From Podarcis vaucheri (lineage: Eukaryota), in NCBI GenBank assembly GCA_965113315.1, contig OZ220371.1: 64,000 nucleotides of DNA. One strand, 5' to 3'. Made by a program: the position numbers and the translations under genes. Shown one piece after another: positions 24,441 through 34,849 of the stretch; the stretch's first letter is position 1; each line of letters begins with the position of its first letter. The notes beneath the pieces were generated by a model, which ran no database searches, was not told the DNA's origin, and was given only the letters and a program-made list of their open reading frames with translations.

Positions 24441-27400
24441 TACATTTGGCTCCATCCTACCCCAGCAATTTAGCATTAATGTGAAAGGGGCCCCTTGCAT
24501 TTACAAATGTATATGCATAGGCTCCTACTGCAAAGGGATCCCTCATAGGCCAGGGAGGTCTTCACATGTGGGGGTGGCCAGCAGCTGGTTTCTGGTACGT
24601 AGTGAGGCTTGATTTTAGTTGCAGTTCACACATTCTTTGAACATACTCTTTACCCTGGTTTTTGGCACTTGAAGTGTATGTTTTTAAAACCCACCTTATT
24701 TTAATGGTTGTTTTAAAATAAGTTGTTTCAAATTGATTTTAATATTGTGTTTTTAATGCTATAACCTGTCCTGGGAACTTAGTGTGAAAGACAGGATGGC
24801 AAATAAATAGATAGATAGATGGATGGATGGATGGAGGTTCATTTAAACAGGCATTATGTGTCAGTCCAATGTTGATTTTGAGTTTGTGAAATTAAAAGAC
24901 CAGTCAGCATTTCTTGATTAAAATTTGGCTGAAGTATTACACACATAAATAAGCAAATAAATGCTGTCAGATACAATTAAGGAAATAGCCAGCTGAAATA
25001 GATTAAATAATACTACTATTTGCGTTAGAGTTGATGTATGTGCATATAGGCAGCAACCATTTTGCACACATTCAATTGAAGTGTGACCGCCAATATGCAG
25101 GTTGCTTTGGACATAGAAGAGGGCAGAATGGGGATGGGGCGTGGCAGAATGGACGTATGCATGTTCCGCCAATGCATGCAAGGGCCAGGAATGCAAACCT
25201 GGCCTCCTCACTGCTCTCCACTAATTCTACATCTTATCAGCAGCCCTTGAGTTGAGTTCTGGTTATTTTTTATACATCTGGTCTTTCTGAAAGGTTGGGT
25301 GTGTGAAAATGTGGGTCTGCTCTTCAGTACTGTGAATGTCAGTGGCTCCCGGCTGGTTGCCCAGGAAAGTATAAAGACAAGGAAAAGTTTCTTACCATCT
25401 TTTTAATTTTCAATCTTTAAAGAGAGAGGCTATAGAACCCAGCCTCTTGGATAATGGCGTTGTCCTGAGTGAATCTCCACTCCCTGTCTCTCCAACTTCC
25501 TCATTCATCATCACTTCTATGGGTACTACTATGTGCCCTCTGTCTTTGAGCTCTTTGCTCTCCTACTTTTAAGGCTCATTGGGTTCTTGGAAATGATGGG
25601 TCTGGAATGCTTTCTAGTGACGTGTCAGCCAGCTGCTGCTCTGGCTCTGCCTGCTCCTCCTGTCCCATTATTTCCCAACTTTTCCCCTCATCTGCATCTG
25701 ATCTGTAACCTCCCGCAAACCCCTGTTGTAAATCTATACTGTCTTCCTCCTCCTCCCCACTGGAAGGGTCAGGATGGGGAAGCGTTCTCCCACCATTCCT
25801 CCTCTGCCCAGTCCCTGACAGTGAATGATTAACAATTCAAAGAATTACATAGGTGGAAGATATATTATGAAATCTGAATGTTCAAATTTAATGAACTGAG
25901 AAAAGAATTTTCCTGGGGGAACCTAGTGTATTTGAATATGATAGATGTTGGCACTCTTCAGATGAAAAATAATATAAGGGCTTTGTTAATTTAGTTTGCT
26001 TTTTAGTTGATCAAATGTGTATATATGAATTAATTTCTCCTCCTCCAGTAATTAAGTCATGTTCCCTGTTATATACCGTACATGGGGACAGTCGGAGTGC
26101 ACCTAACAAATGTTCTTATATTCAGATTGGCATGTGGATTGTAGTTAAAATATTGATCCTACACCTACACCTGTTTTTAGAAATGGCTTTCTTTGTTTTT
26201 TTCCATAGTGGCCTTATTTTTGTTTAAATTTCATGTTTTTAATTTAACAAATTGCATGTGTAGGATGACCTTTGTATCTCAGTATAAAGGCCAAAGAGAA
26301 GGAATGCTCAATGAATAGTTCACAATTATAGAAATCTTTTACATTGTTAAAATGTATAATGATTCATTATATTTTTTAAAATAAAAAACAACCTTTTAAT
26401 TGTTTCACAATAATGGGTGACATTCAACCTTGTGATGATTAAATAGCTGAAACTATTAAATAATACTTCAGCATTATAAAATAATATTTGACTCTGTAGT
26501 CTGGTATGCGCTCCTGGTGCGCCTGTTAAACAGCCTTAGGTGCAAAGATCTTCCTGTCTTCAGCAGTCAGTTCTAAGCTCTGAACCTAACCTGACTTCCC
26601 ATCAGGTACACTGCAGCCTCCAACTCTGTGCCTGGATCACTGCTAGATTGGGGTTCATGACGGCAGTCCAGTACTGTTATGCTGGTGTGTTAGGTCCTTT
26701 AAACGGGAAATGTGGTATGGGGAGGTGCTGTGCACTTGATTGTAGTAGCAGTGCAATTAATTAAGGGCTGGAGTGGGTGAGCCATGGAAAGAATTAAAGG
26801 TTTCAGCGATAAGTGGAAAGATGTTGTCTGAATGCCAGGTCTACTCACCAATGGGCAGGTCTTACAACTGAGGAAACAATGGAAGGGTGCACCTGCAGTT
26901 TGAGGTGATCAGACGCCAGTTCTACCTAGGCCTCATTACCACTTAGTCACTAGATGTTCTCTGATGCCATCGCTATGTTTATGGAGTATTTACTTCTTCT
27001 GCAGAAATCCATGCCTCCCCTGCAAAATTACTGTACCACCACCACTGCCCATCAGGGATGGGGTAGGGTAGCTGGTAGGAGTGGCAGCAAGCAGTGGTGA
27101 GGGATTCTGAGGGTAGAGTGAGGCCATTTCTGAGCCTGAGGGTCATTAGCCTGACCATCATCCATAATCTAGTCCCGAGACACTGCAGAATCCTGAAGCT
27201 CAGAACCTGATTGCTCTTTTCCTTCTGGGGAAGTTGATATCCTTTATCTAGCTAACCCATCAGAGGAATCAAGAGCCTTCCTCTTGATACAGTAAAATCC
27301 TTGTCTTGGTTCACTTTAGAGGCAGTAGTAGCAGGAAGGAAATTTGGATGTGTTCTCTTCAGCATGGAGCTGTGGCACATTGTTCTTAATTCATTTTGGT

Positions 27401-28488
27401 TATAGTAATAATCATCACTGAATGGTCTCTGGATGTACTGTACAAATGCACATAATTGTATATATAGTTACAGGGAGTATATTGTGCAACAGATGTTAGC
27501 AACCTCTTCAGAATACTTCAGTTATGATACAGTTGCCTGAATATATTGCTGCTAGAATTCCCTGTGCTTTTTTTTAAAAAAGGAAGGCAATTTCAAATTT
27601 CAATGGGGAACCATTTCATTTATACAACTTTTACTGCTAGTTAAGAGCCTTTGTGTTCTTCAAGTATATGTGTCAGCTTTTAATGAAAATTCAGATTTGG
27701 CATGTGGAGATCTATAAAAAATAAAGCGAAAATAGTGCTTTTTATAACATCTGTCTGCAGCTTGTGATTGATAGCTGCAGTGATTTCATAGGTGCCCAAA
27801 TATGTGGCAAAGGTTATTCCTATGAAATTACACTGCTGAATCTTGAAGCAATCTTGTGTGCTTTGCAGAAGTAAAGCTCTCTGGAACGAATGGACATTTA
27901 CTACATCTAACCTGTACAACTTGTGTTGTATCAAGTTCATTACAGTCTATTAACTGTTTGTTGTTGCTTGCTAGATACTAGAAAACTATCCTTTTACCAC
28001 AGTCCCAAGCAAGGGAGTGTTATCATAGCACCAGACTTGACAAGACACATGATATACTCCATCTGTCCCTATTTTCTAAAACTGATCTCTGGTAAATCAT
28101 TGCTCCATTTTTTTTTGCCTTTTGAATATCCCTTGTAAAATCTTTGGCTGCATCTGGACTTAGTCTTTCCTTCAGAAGGCCCATTAAACCATTGGTCCTT
28201 AAATTAGCTAGTCTCATAGATTTCACTAGGTCTGCTCTAAACATGACTAAGTTTGGATCCAGCATGTGAGCTTCTAACATTATCATGCTTCAGGGTTCAC
28301 TGCCTTCCACTGAGTTTCTAGAAATAAATTTTTTACAAAGGATGTAAAGGATCTATGTGCATGTGTATAAACATGAATACACTATTTTCTATTGCTTTAC
28401 TGTCTGTATTCTGCTACAGTTTTTGATGGCTGTTATGGAGGGGTTATTTTTTGTATGAAAACATTAATGTTTTATATAATTTTTTCTT

Positions 28489-28940
28489 TTTGCGTGTTGA
28501 GTCCCACAGTTGCCACCCCCCAAATAATTCACACTTCACACATCAATTTTTGTTTGGGTTTTTGGCATAATTTTTTGGCCACAACTTTATTCAATACAAA
28601 ATATGTGAGTGGTTGCTTAGGCACTGGTTATGACTATCTGTCCACGCCCTCAGGGACAGTGCTGGCATTCCGGACACCAGCGGAAGCCAGAGGCATTCCG
28701 GACACCAGCGGAAGCCTTAGTGGGAAACAAGTATTGGGTGAGAAAATGAAGCTGGGCAACAGTCCCTCACTTCTCACCCTCATGTTCCTTTGGGGCTTGC
28801 ACGGCCCAAGTCCGATGCCAGGGACAAGGACGAAAAGAATGGCAAGCCCCTGGATTCCTTTAACGGAATTCCCTTCGCATCATTTGGAGGGGTAGGCACT
28901 TACCCCTCCAAGAACCACCTTAACCAGTGCCTAACCGCCA
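28489..28940 (-). repeat. Ngaro split direct repeat B2 (3' terminus)
   Basis: Copy of B1; ends ...AACACGCAAA on the minus strand; minus-strand AATAAA at 28586-28591. Confidence 0.95.
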
Positions 28941-29115
28941 ACCTTACAAGTTGTGACGATTTGCTACGCAGTAGGCAAAAACCAAATGGCACCAGCCAAT
29001 CAGCCAGATGGCAAAATTCCTACTGTGCCCCCGCACCAAGGCAGACGACACCATGACAGGCATAGCAAGGTCAAGCGCTCAGGAAAAACCCCCCGTTAAA
29101 GGGAGGGAGGGCGGG

Positions 29116-29336
29116 TGATCCGAAGCAAACGGCCAAGAGGAAGTCCAACCCCTGGCTCCCTATATTTATAGACTCTAACTCCTCCCCTGAATTTAGCAAC
29201 ATACAAAACTCCCCAGCAACCCAATATTAGCCTTTTAACAGGCTTGGGGTTTTTCCTCACAACTGCCTAAATCATGGCAAGGTGGCATGTTTCCCCAACC
29301 GCAACCCGTGCTCTCTGGTTAGGGAGAACACGCTTT
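29116..29336 (-). repeat. Ngaro split direct repeat A2
   Basis: Copy of 35906-36126 (offset 6790); abuts B1 through a shared TTT. Confidence 0.95.
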
Positions 29337-29785
29337 GCGTGTTGAGTCCCACAGTTGCCACCCCCCAAATAATTCACACTTCACACATCAATTTTTGTTT
29401 GGGTTTTTGGCATAATTTTTTGGCCACAACTTTATTCAATACAAAATATGTGAGTGGTTGCTTAGGCACTGGTTATGACTATCTGTCCACGCCCTCAGGG
29501 ACAGTGCTGGCATTCCGGACACCAGCGGAAGCCAGAGGCATTCCGGACACCAGCGGAAGCCTTAGTGGGAAACAAGTATTGGGTGAGAAAATGAAGCTGG
29601 GCAACAGTCCCTCACTTCTCACCCTCATGTTCCTTTGGGGCTTGCACGGCCCAAGTCCGATGCCAGGGACAAGGACGAAAAGAATGGCAAGCCCCTGGAT
29701 TCCTTTAACGGAATTCCCTTCGCATCATTTGGAGGGGTAGGCACTTACCCCTCCAAGAACCACCTTAACCAGTGCCTAACCGCCA
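29334..29785 (-). repeat. Ngaro split direct repeat B1 (452 bp)
   Basis: Identical by eye to 28489-28940 (offset 845); minus-strand AATAAA at 29431-29436. Confidence 0.95.
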
Positions 29786-29813
29786 TGGAGCCATAAGCTC
29801 ACCGCCAAACCAC

Positions 29814-30388
29814 TCACAGCCCCAGCCAAGCCTTTAGCTTGGCCACCACTGCACCTAGCCAAGCCTCGTTCCCAGAGGCAGAAAGGTGCACCCCATCAGC
29901 CCTAAAAAGGGGCGCAGCTTGAAACAGAATCAAAGGATGGGAAATCACATCACCATCCAACTCAAAAATCCTCTTAGCCACCGCAGAATTGATGCGTTTT
30001 CTGGCCCTTTCTGTGGCTGCGGGGCAACGGCTGCCCACCCAACTGCGGCGTTGCAGTAACTTAGACCAGAATATTTTAGCCGACGGCACCAATGTTCGCA
30101 GCATCTCCAAGTCACTCAAAATTGCAGCACGAAGTGAGAGACAGTCCACGGATACCAGGTCGTTCTCACCCAGCTGTACCACAATAGCCGTGGGCGGCCC
30201 TTCCAAGAGCAGCTGCCTCCGAATCCTTGGCAGAAACTCTGACCAGCGCATTCCCCGCCTGGACACCCACGACAGCTGAACATGTGGAGGGAAGCCGAGA
30301 CCTGGACCCAGCCTAGACTGCCTTGCTGCGACTCCAGCCCAATGGATGATGCTGTGCCCCACCAACCATATGCGAACAGCCGCCAGAC
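29814..30388 (-). CDS. ORF4, SGNH/GDSL-type hydrolase (esterase) domain
   Basis: Block I IWLVGHS (Ser nucleophile), block II RRGMR, block III QLGENDL, block V DGVHLS. Catalytic Ser/Asp/His intact. Domain starts immediately after a polypyrimidine-CAG acceptor at 30390-30389. Confidence 0.88.
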
Positions 30389-30429
30389 CTGAGATAAACA
30401 AAAACAAACAGTATAAGAATCCAACAGTG

Positions 30430-31400
30430 TTAACGAACATAGCCCCGAAAGGCATCCGACTTCCAGCGCCCCAAATCCTTTATCCTAGCGGCCGACAAGC
30501 CCCAATGAGCAGCCATTGTTGCGGCCCCAATCCTGAAGGAGTGAGGGGCGAAACCATCCGACGTGCCGTCACAAGCGATAATCGCTTTACGCATCACCTG
30601 TGCAAACTGGTGTCTCGTCAGGGGCGACCCATTTTCATGTCTAAGCAAAGGCCCATCACCCGTGACGCGTACTGCTAAGTACTTACTAACATCCTTTACA
30701 GGGCAAGGGCCTGCTTCTCCCGTAGCAGGGAGACGAATGACGGCGCCCCTACCTTTCTGATCAGTCTTAGAATTTCTGACTGTGATCCTCAATTCTGCGG
30801 GGGTTAGCTGCACGTCCTTGAGCAAAAGGCCCCTGGAACGGCCATCCCTGTTGTTCTCCAAAACCAGCTCACCCACTCTCAGAGCTCCAAAAAAGGCAAT
30901 AGAAAAGGCAGCCGAAAAAAGGCGAGCCTCATACCCTGACCAGCATACCTCCCGCAGCCTCTTGCGCATCCTGCTCAACAAATCAAAGGAAATGGGGCAC
31001 CGTGAGGCTGGCTGGGACGGACGAAGTCTGCCCCAGCCTTCCAGGGCCCTGCGCACTATATGCTTCGCACAAGGGTCCTTATCATAAAATGTCTTACAGA
31101 AAAATGTTATGGCAGCCGCCTGTATCTTAATAGTTCTCGCTGCCCGCCCCAACTGAAATAAATGCGCCAAATACTTCAGCACCTGCGAGGAGGCGGGGGG
31201 AACACCCTCTAAATTAGAGGTTGTCCTGCGCATAAACGTCAAAAAATCAGTCCAAGCCTTTGTGTAAGACCTAAGGGTAGAAGGAGAAACCGAAGCCGCT
31301 ACTCCCTGCAAAACTAATTGCTGCCAAGGTTCCAGAGATGATCCGGGAAATATTCCGGACGAATCCGTGCCTCTGGAACCAGGAGTCTGAACCGCTCCAT
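30430..31400 (-). CDS. ORF3, tyrosine recombinase; no N-terminal ATG (ORF track starts it at TTG 31311; frame open from about 31419)
   Basis: Catalytic set R (ALRVGEL), K (SKTDQ), HxxR (HSFRIGAAT), W (LGRWKS) and Y (FRGYVR); N-terminal STLRSYTKAWTDF helix. Start placed at an inferred splice acceptor. Confidence 0.93.
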
Positions 31401-32906
31401 CTGAAAACGGGACAGAGCATCAGCAATATCGTTAGACACCCCAGGAATAAAACGTGCAGAAAACACTATATTATGACGTAGACAATGCAACACGAAGGCC
31501 TGCAATAAGGCCGACACCCTGGGAGAGCGTGATGACAGTTTTGCCAGCACGTTCACCACCGCCTGATTATCAGTCCAGAAGCAGACACGACGGTTCCTGA
31601 ATTCCTCGACCCACAAATGCACCGCCACTGCAATGGGAAAAAACTCGAGAAATGTTAGATCCCGTGTGATTCCTCCACCCTGCCACTCAGGCGGCCAACG
31701 CTCTGCACACCACCGTCCCTTCCAGTAAAGACCAAAACCCAGGGAACCCGCAGCATCTGATTGCACCTGGAAATCATTTTGCAAGTTTAGCGTATCTTGC
31801 CATAATGACACCCCATTGAATTCCTCCAGGAATTCCAGCCATATGGAAAGATCAGCCTTCACCTCCTTAGATAGGCGCACCCTATGATGAGGGGCCCTCA
31901 ACCCCACAGTAAGGCGAGCCAGGCGCGAACAGAAAGGGCGTCCAGGTGCCACCACCCTGCACGCGAAATTCAGATGCCCCAACAACGACTGCAGTTGTAA
32001 AAGAGATACTTTCTTCAACGGGAGGAGATCCTCTATGACCTTCTTCAAGGCTACTAGTTTGTCCATCGGCAAACTAGAGGTCTGGGCCACCGTATCCAAC
32101 AGGATACCCAAATATATAAGTCGGGTAGAAGGACCCTCGGTCTTTTCCGAAGCAAGCGGAACTCCCAGCTCCTGCGTAAGGTCAGCAAAGGCCTGCAGCA
32201 GCACCGAGCACTCACCAGTATCGTGGGCAGAGGCCAATAAAAAATCATCCAAATAATGCGTGACCCCGCCCAATCCTGTTTTAAATTTAAGGGCCCATTC
32301 TAGAAAGGTGCTAAATGATTCAAAAGCCGCGCAGGCTACTGAGCAACCCATAGGCATAGCCTTATCAAAGTAATACTTGCCCTCGAACTGAAAACCCAGT
32401 AGCCAAAAATCATCCGGATGAATTGGGAGAAGGCGAAATGCCGACTCAATGTCGCATTTTGCCAATAGAGCAGCGGGGCCGAACCTCCTAATCATCTTGA
32501 TCGCCTGATCAAGAGATGCATACTTCACAGAGCAAAGCTCTGGGGGGATGACATCATTAACTGAAGAACCCCTGGGATGTGACAAATTATGAATCAAACG
32601 AAATTCACCTGGAGCCTTCTTTGGGACAATACCCAATGGGGATACATGCAAATTATGAAAGGGAGGGGCATCAAAAGGCCCGGCCATCCGACGCATGGCC
32701 AGCTCCTTTGCAATCTTTCTGCGAGCGACGTCAGGTTGCTCACGAATCGATTTTTGGTTTGACGGATTCCGTGCCACGGGAGGCATGGCTACCGGAATCC
32801 GGAAACCAACAGAAAAACCATCCCTCAAATAATCTGCAGCAGCTCTGTCAGGATAAGACTGCAACCAAAGTTGCAGGGCCGGCAACCGCACCGGGGTATG
32901 AGCCAT
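31314..32906 (-). CDS. ORF2, reverse transcriptase / RNase H (530 aa from ATG at 32906; frame open back to 33146)
   Basis: RT motifs SPLGIVPKK, FRLIHNLS, KCDIESAFRLLP, MPMGC, HYLDDF and YLGI. RNase H motifs SDAAG, LEFFPI, TDNQAV and NDIADALSR, typical of DIRS/Ngaro pol. Confidence 0.95.
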   Translation of the reverse strand: MAHTPVRLPALQLWLQSYPDRAAADYLRDGFSVGFRIPVAMPPVARNPSNQKSIREQPDVARRKIAKELAMRRMAGPFDAPPFHNLHVSPLGIVPKKAPGEFRLIHNLSHPRGSSVNDVIPPELCSVKYASLDQAIKMIRRFGPAALLAKCDIESAFRLLPIHPDDFWLLGFQFEGKYYFDKAMPMGCSVACAAFESFSTFLEWALKFKTGLGGVTHYLDDFLLASAHDTGECSVLLQAFADLTQELGVPLASEKTEGPSTRLIYLGILLDTVAQTSSLPMDKLVALKKVIEDLLPLKKVSLLQLQSLLGHLNFACRVVAPGRPFCSRLARLTVGLRAPHHRVRLSKEVKADLSIWLEFLEEFNGVSLWQDTLNLQNDFQVQSDAAGSLGFGLYWKGRWCAERWPPEWQGGGITRDLTFLEFFPIAVAVHLWVEEFRNRRVCFWTDNQAVVNVLAKLSSRSPRVSALLQAFVLHCLRHNIVFSARFIPGVSNDIADALSRFQMERFRLLVPEARIRPEYFPDHLWNLGSN

Positions 32907-32919
32907 GACAGTCAAGAGC

Positions 32920-34443
32920 TCATTTTCCTGTACCTGGGGCAGGAGCGAGAGGGGTGTTTTGTTTGGGGGTTTGCTGAGAACCCCCTTTTCCGCCACGAAA
33001 GGGCCGCCGATTGCCAAAACAAGAGGAAGAGGGATGCGAACCACTGCATTTCTCGCAAATGTGGGCGTACCTGCACCCCTGTCGCTGACAAGAACCCTTA
33101 TTATAATCCCAGCATGGGAAACGGCGGCCAGTCCTAAAGGCCCCAATCTTCAACTTCTGCTGCTCCGTAGCCTTCTTGTCGATGAGCGGAGCCACATGGG
33201 TGGTCCACACATCGAGATCCTTACGATCCCATCGCGCTGAGGGAATCCTAGCGGCACGGCGCCTGAAGTTCTCATCATACTTTATCGCAGCTTTTTCACC
33301 AGCTTTGGTGAAAGCCGAGCGAACAATAGACAAGTAAACTATCAAATGAAGAGATCTCCGTGGGTAAGCCGCCACCACTACTCCAGCAAAGACCTGGAAA
33401 CAATCAAGCCAATGCTCGAAGGTCCTGTCCGCCGAGGGAGCGCCCTGGCGCTTCTTCGACGACTTCCCTCCCTCCTGGTCCTCAGAAGGAGGAGCCAATT
33501 TGAACATGTCCACAAAACGGCCGTTCAGAATCCTGGACCGCAGTCTTGTCGACAAATGCAAACCGGGGATAATGTCCCTCGCGGAATTGGTAGAGACTTT
33601 AACGTCAGGCACCAACGCGCCATCCCTACACTCTTGGACCGCCCCATACTTTGCACGGTGCGAGTTGGCCCTCCGATCCCAAGCCCACCGTGGCAGACCC
33701 GAGGCCGATTCTCCAAAACCCCAGTAAAGTTCCCTGGACTCGCCAGACTCATCGTCGGAGCTGGAGGATGACGTACCAGTATAAGAAGAAGATGATTCAC
33801 CCCTCCTTCGCTTGGCCCGTTTCCGAGAAGACCTTCTGCGGTGACGTTTTCCACCCGAAGACTTCCTGGCAGGAACTGGCAAGCTGTCTTCAATGGAGGA
33901 CTCGGAATCAGGGCTCAGCTGTGCTGCACCTAAAGCTGCTTGAGGAGACACAACAAGTGAAAGGCCGGAACCCGACGCCACCTCATCTGGAGATTGGACG
34001 TGCACACCTCGGCGGGCGGTAGCTGCCGAAATGTTTTGGTTCCCCGCAGCCCTCCTGGAGGAACGACGTGGCCTCCGTGAATGGCCACGAGGAGCAGGTA
34101 AGTCGCGGGGCTGGGTTAATTGAGAATCAGTCCTCAAACCCCTAGATGATCCATCTCTCCCCTCTTCACTAGATGACGGCGACACTGGGGACGACGCCAC
34201 CACGTGACGAGGACGCCTGCCAGACGTGGAAGGCTGAGCAGAGCAATGTTGAAGGAGGCCATCCATCTGGGCTGCGAAGCGAGACAAGGCCACTGGATCG
34301 CCGGCCATGCTTTCCACCAACGTTTGCACCCTTCCCGCCGGTTGACTCGGGGCGGGAGAGCGAAGCGCCTGTGATGGACCTCTAATAGGCCGTTTTGCAC
34401 CAGAAGCTGGGCTGGGATGAGCTGCAACCTTCTTAGGAGCCAT
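32920..34443 (-). CDS. ORF1, Gag-like nucleic-acid-binding protein (507 aa)
   Basis: ATG start; Ser/Arg-rich disordered N-half with a basic NLS-like tract (KRHRRRSSRKRAKRRR); C-terminal CWDYNKGSCQRQGCRYAH (CCCH) and CEKCSGSHPSSSC zinc knuckles; first ORF of the element. Confidence 0.88.
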   Translation of the reverse strand: MAPKKVAAHPSPASGAKRPIRGPSQALRSPAPSQPAGRVQTLVESMAGDPVALSRFAAQMDGLLQHCSAQPSTSGRRPRHVVASSPVSPSSSEEGRDGSSRGLRTDSQLTQPRDLPAPRGHSRRPRRSSRRAAGNQNISAATARRGVHVQSPDEVASGSGLSLVVSPQAALGAAQLSPDSESSIEDSLPVPARKSSGGKRHRRRSSRKRAKRRRGESSSSYTGTSSSSSDDESGESRELYWGFGESASGLPRWAWDRRANSHRAKYGAVQECRDGALVPDVKVSTNSARDIIPGLHLSTRLRSRILNGRFVDMFKLAPPSEDQEGGKSSKKRQGAPSADRTFEHWLDCFQVFAGVVVAAYPRRSLHLIVYLSIVRSAFTKAGEKAAIKYDENFRRRAARIPSARWDRKDLDVWTTHVAPLIDKKATEQQKLKIGAFRTGRRFPCWDYNKGSCQRQGCRYAHICEKCSGSHPSSSCFGNRRPFRGGKGGSQQTPKQNTPLAPAPGTGK

Positions 34444-34849
34444 GCCTGCTATGTAGAATCAAATGAGAATTAACAACTGCCGCAGGCCGGCGTCACTGCC
34501 GTACACCAACAATGAATTCCACAGGAATACAATAAGGCTGTGAAATGCTATAGCTAAACAAAATAATTACTATAGCAAAGAGTGTACTAAATCCAAAGGC
34601 GAACTATGTTATCTATCTATCTATCTATCTATCCAACCGAATTATATATTTATATAAGTATAAATGTACTATTTACTTATTCACGTATTCAATTATTATT
34701 ATTATTATTATTACTTTAAGAATTTAATATTTATTAATAATCAATTTTTTAATTATTTATCGAGTCAATGTACCTTACAATGAACGGTGTTTAAAACAGC
34801 AAAATTAATTGCACTCCCCACTTTTTCCAGCAGGGGGCAACCTGCCAGA

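Noticed and set aside
25260-27340. Possible old LTR-like segments (ending CCCTGACA near 25820; 26500-27330)
   Set aside because: No paired termini or TSD could be established by eye.
28740-29115. Self-cleaving ribozyme (hammerhead/twister) in the spacer or B repeat
   Set aside because: No complete CUGAUGA...GAAA core or twister pseudoknot found by eye; an Infernal search would be needed.
28392-29740. Duplicated plus-strand ORFs (167 and 152 aa) with identical C-termini
   Set aside because: Antisense readings of the B repeats; no recognisable domain.
30389-30455. ATG at 30455 as the start of the SGNH ORF
   Set aside because: It lies within the YR 3' end and translates the polypyrimidine tract (FLYCLFLFIS), and is not evident in the relic, whereas the acceptor is conserved. 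Not strictly excluded.
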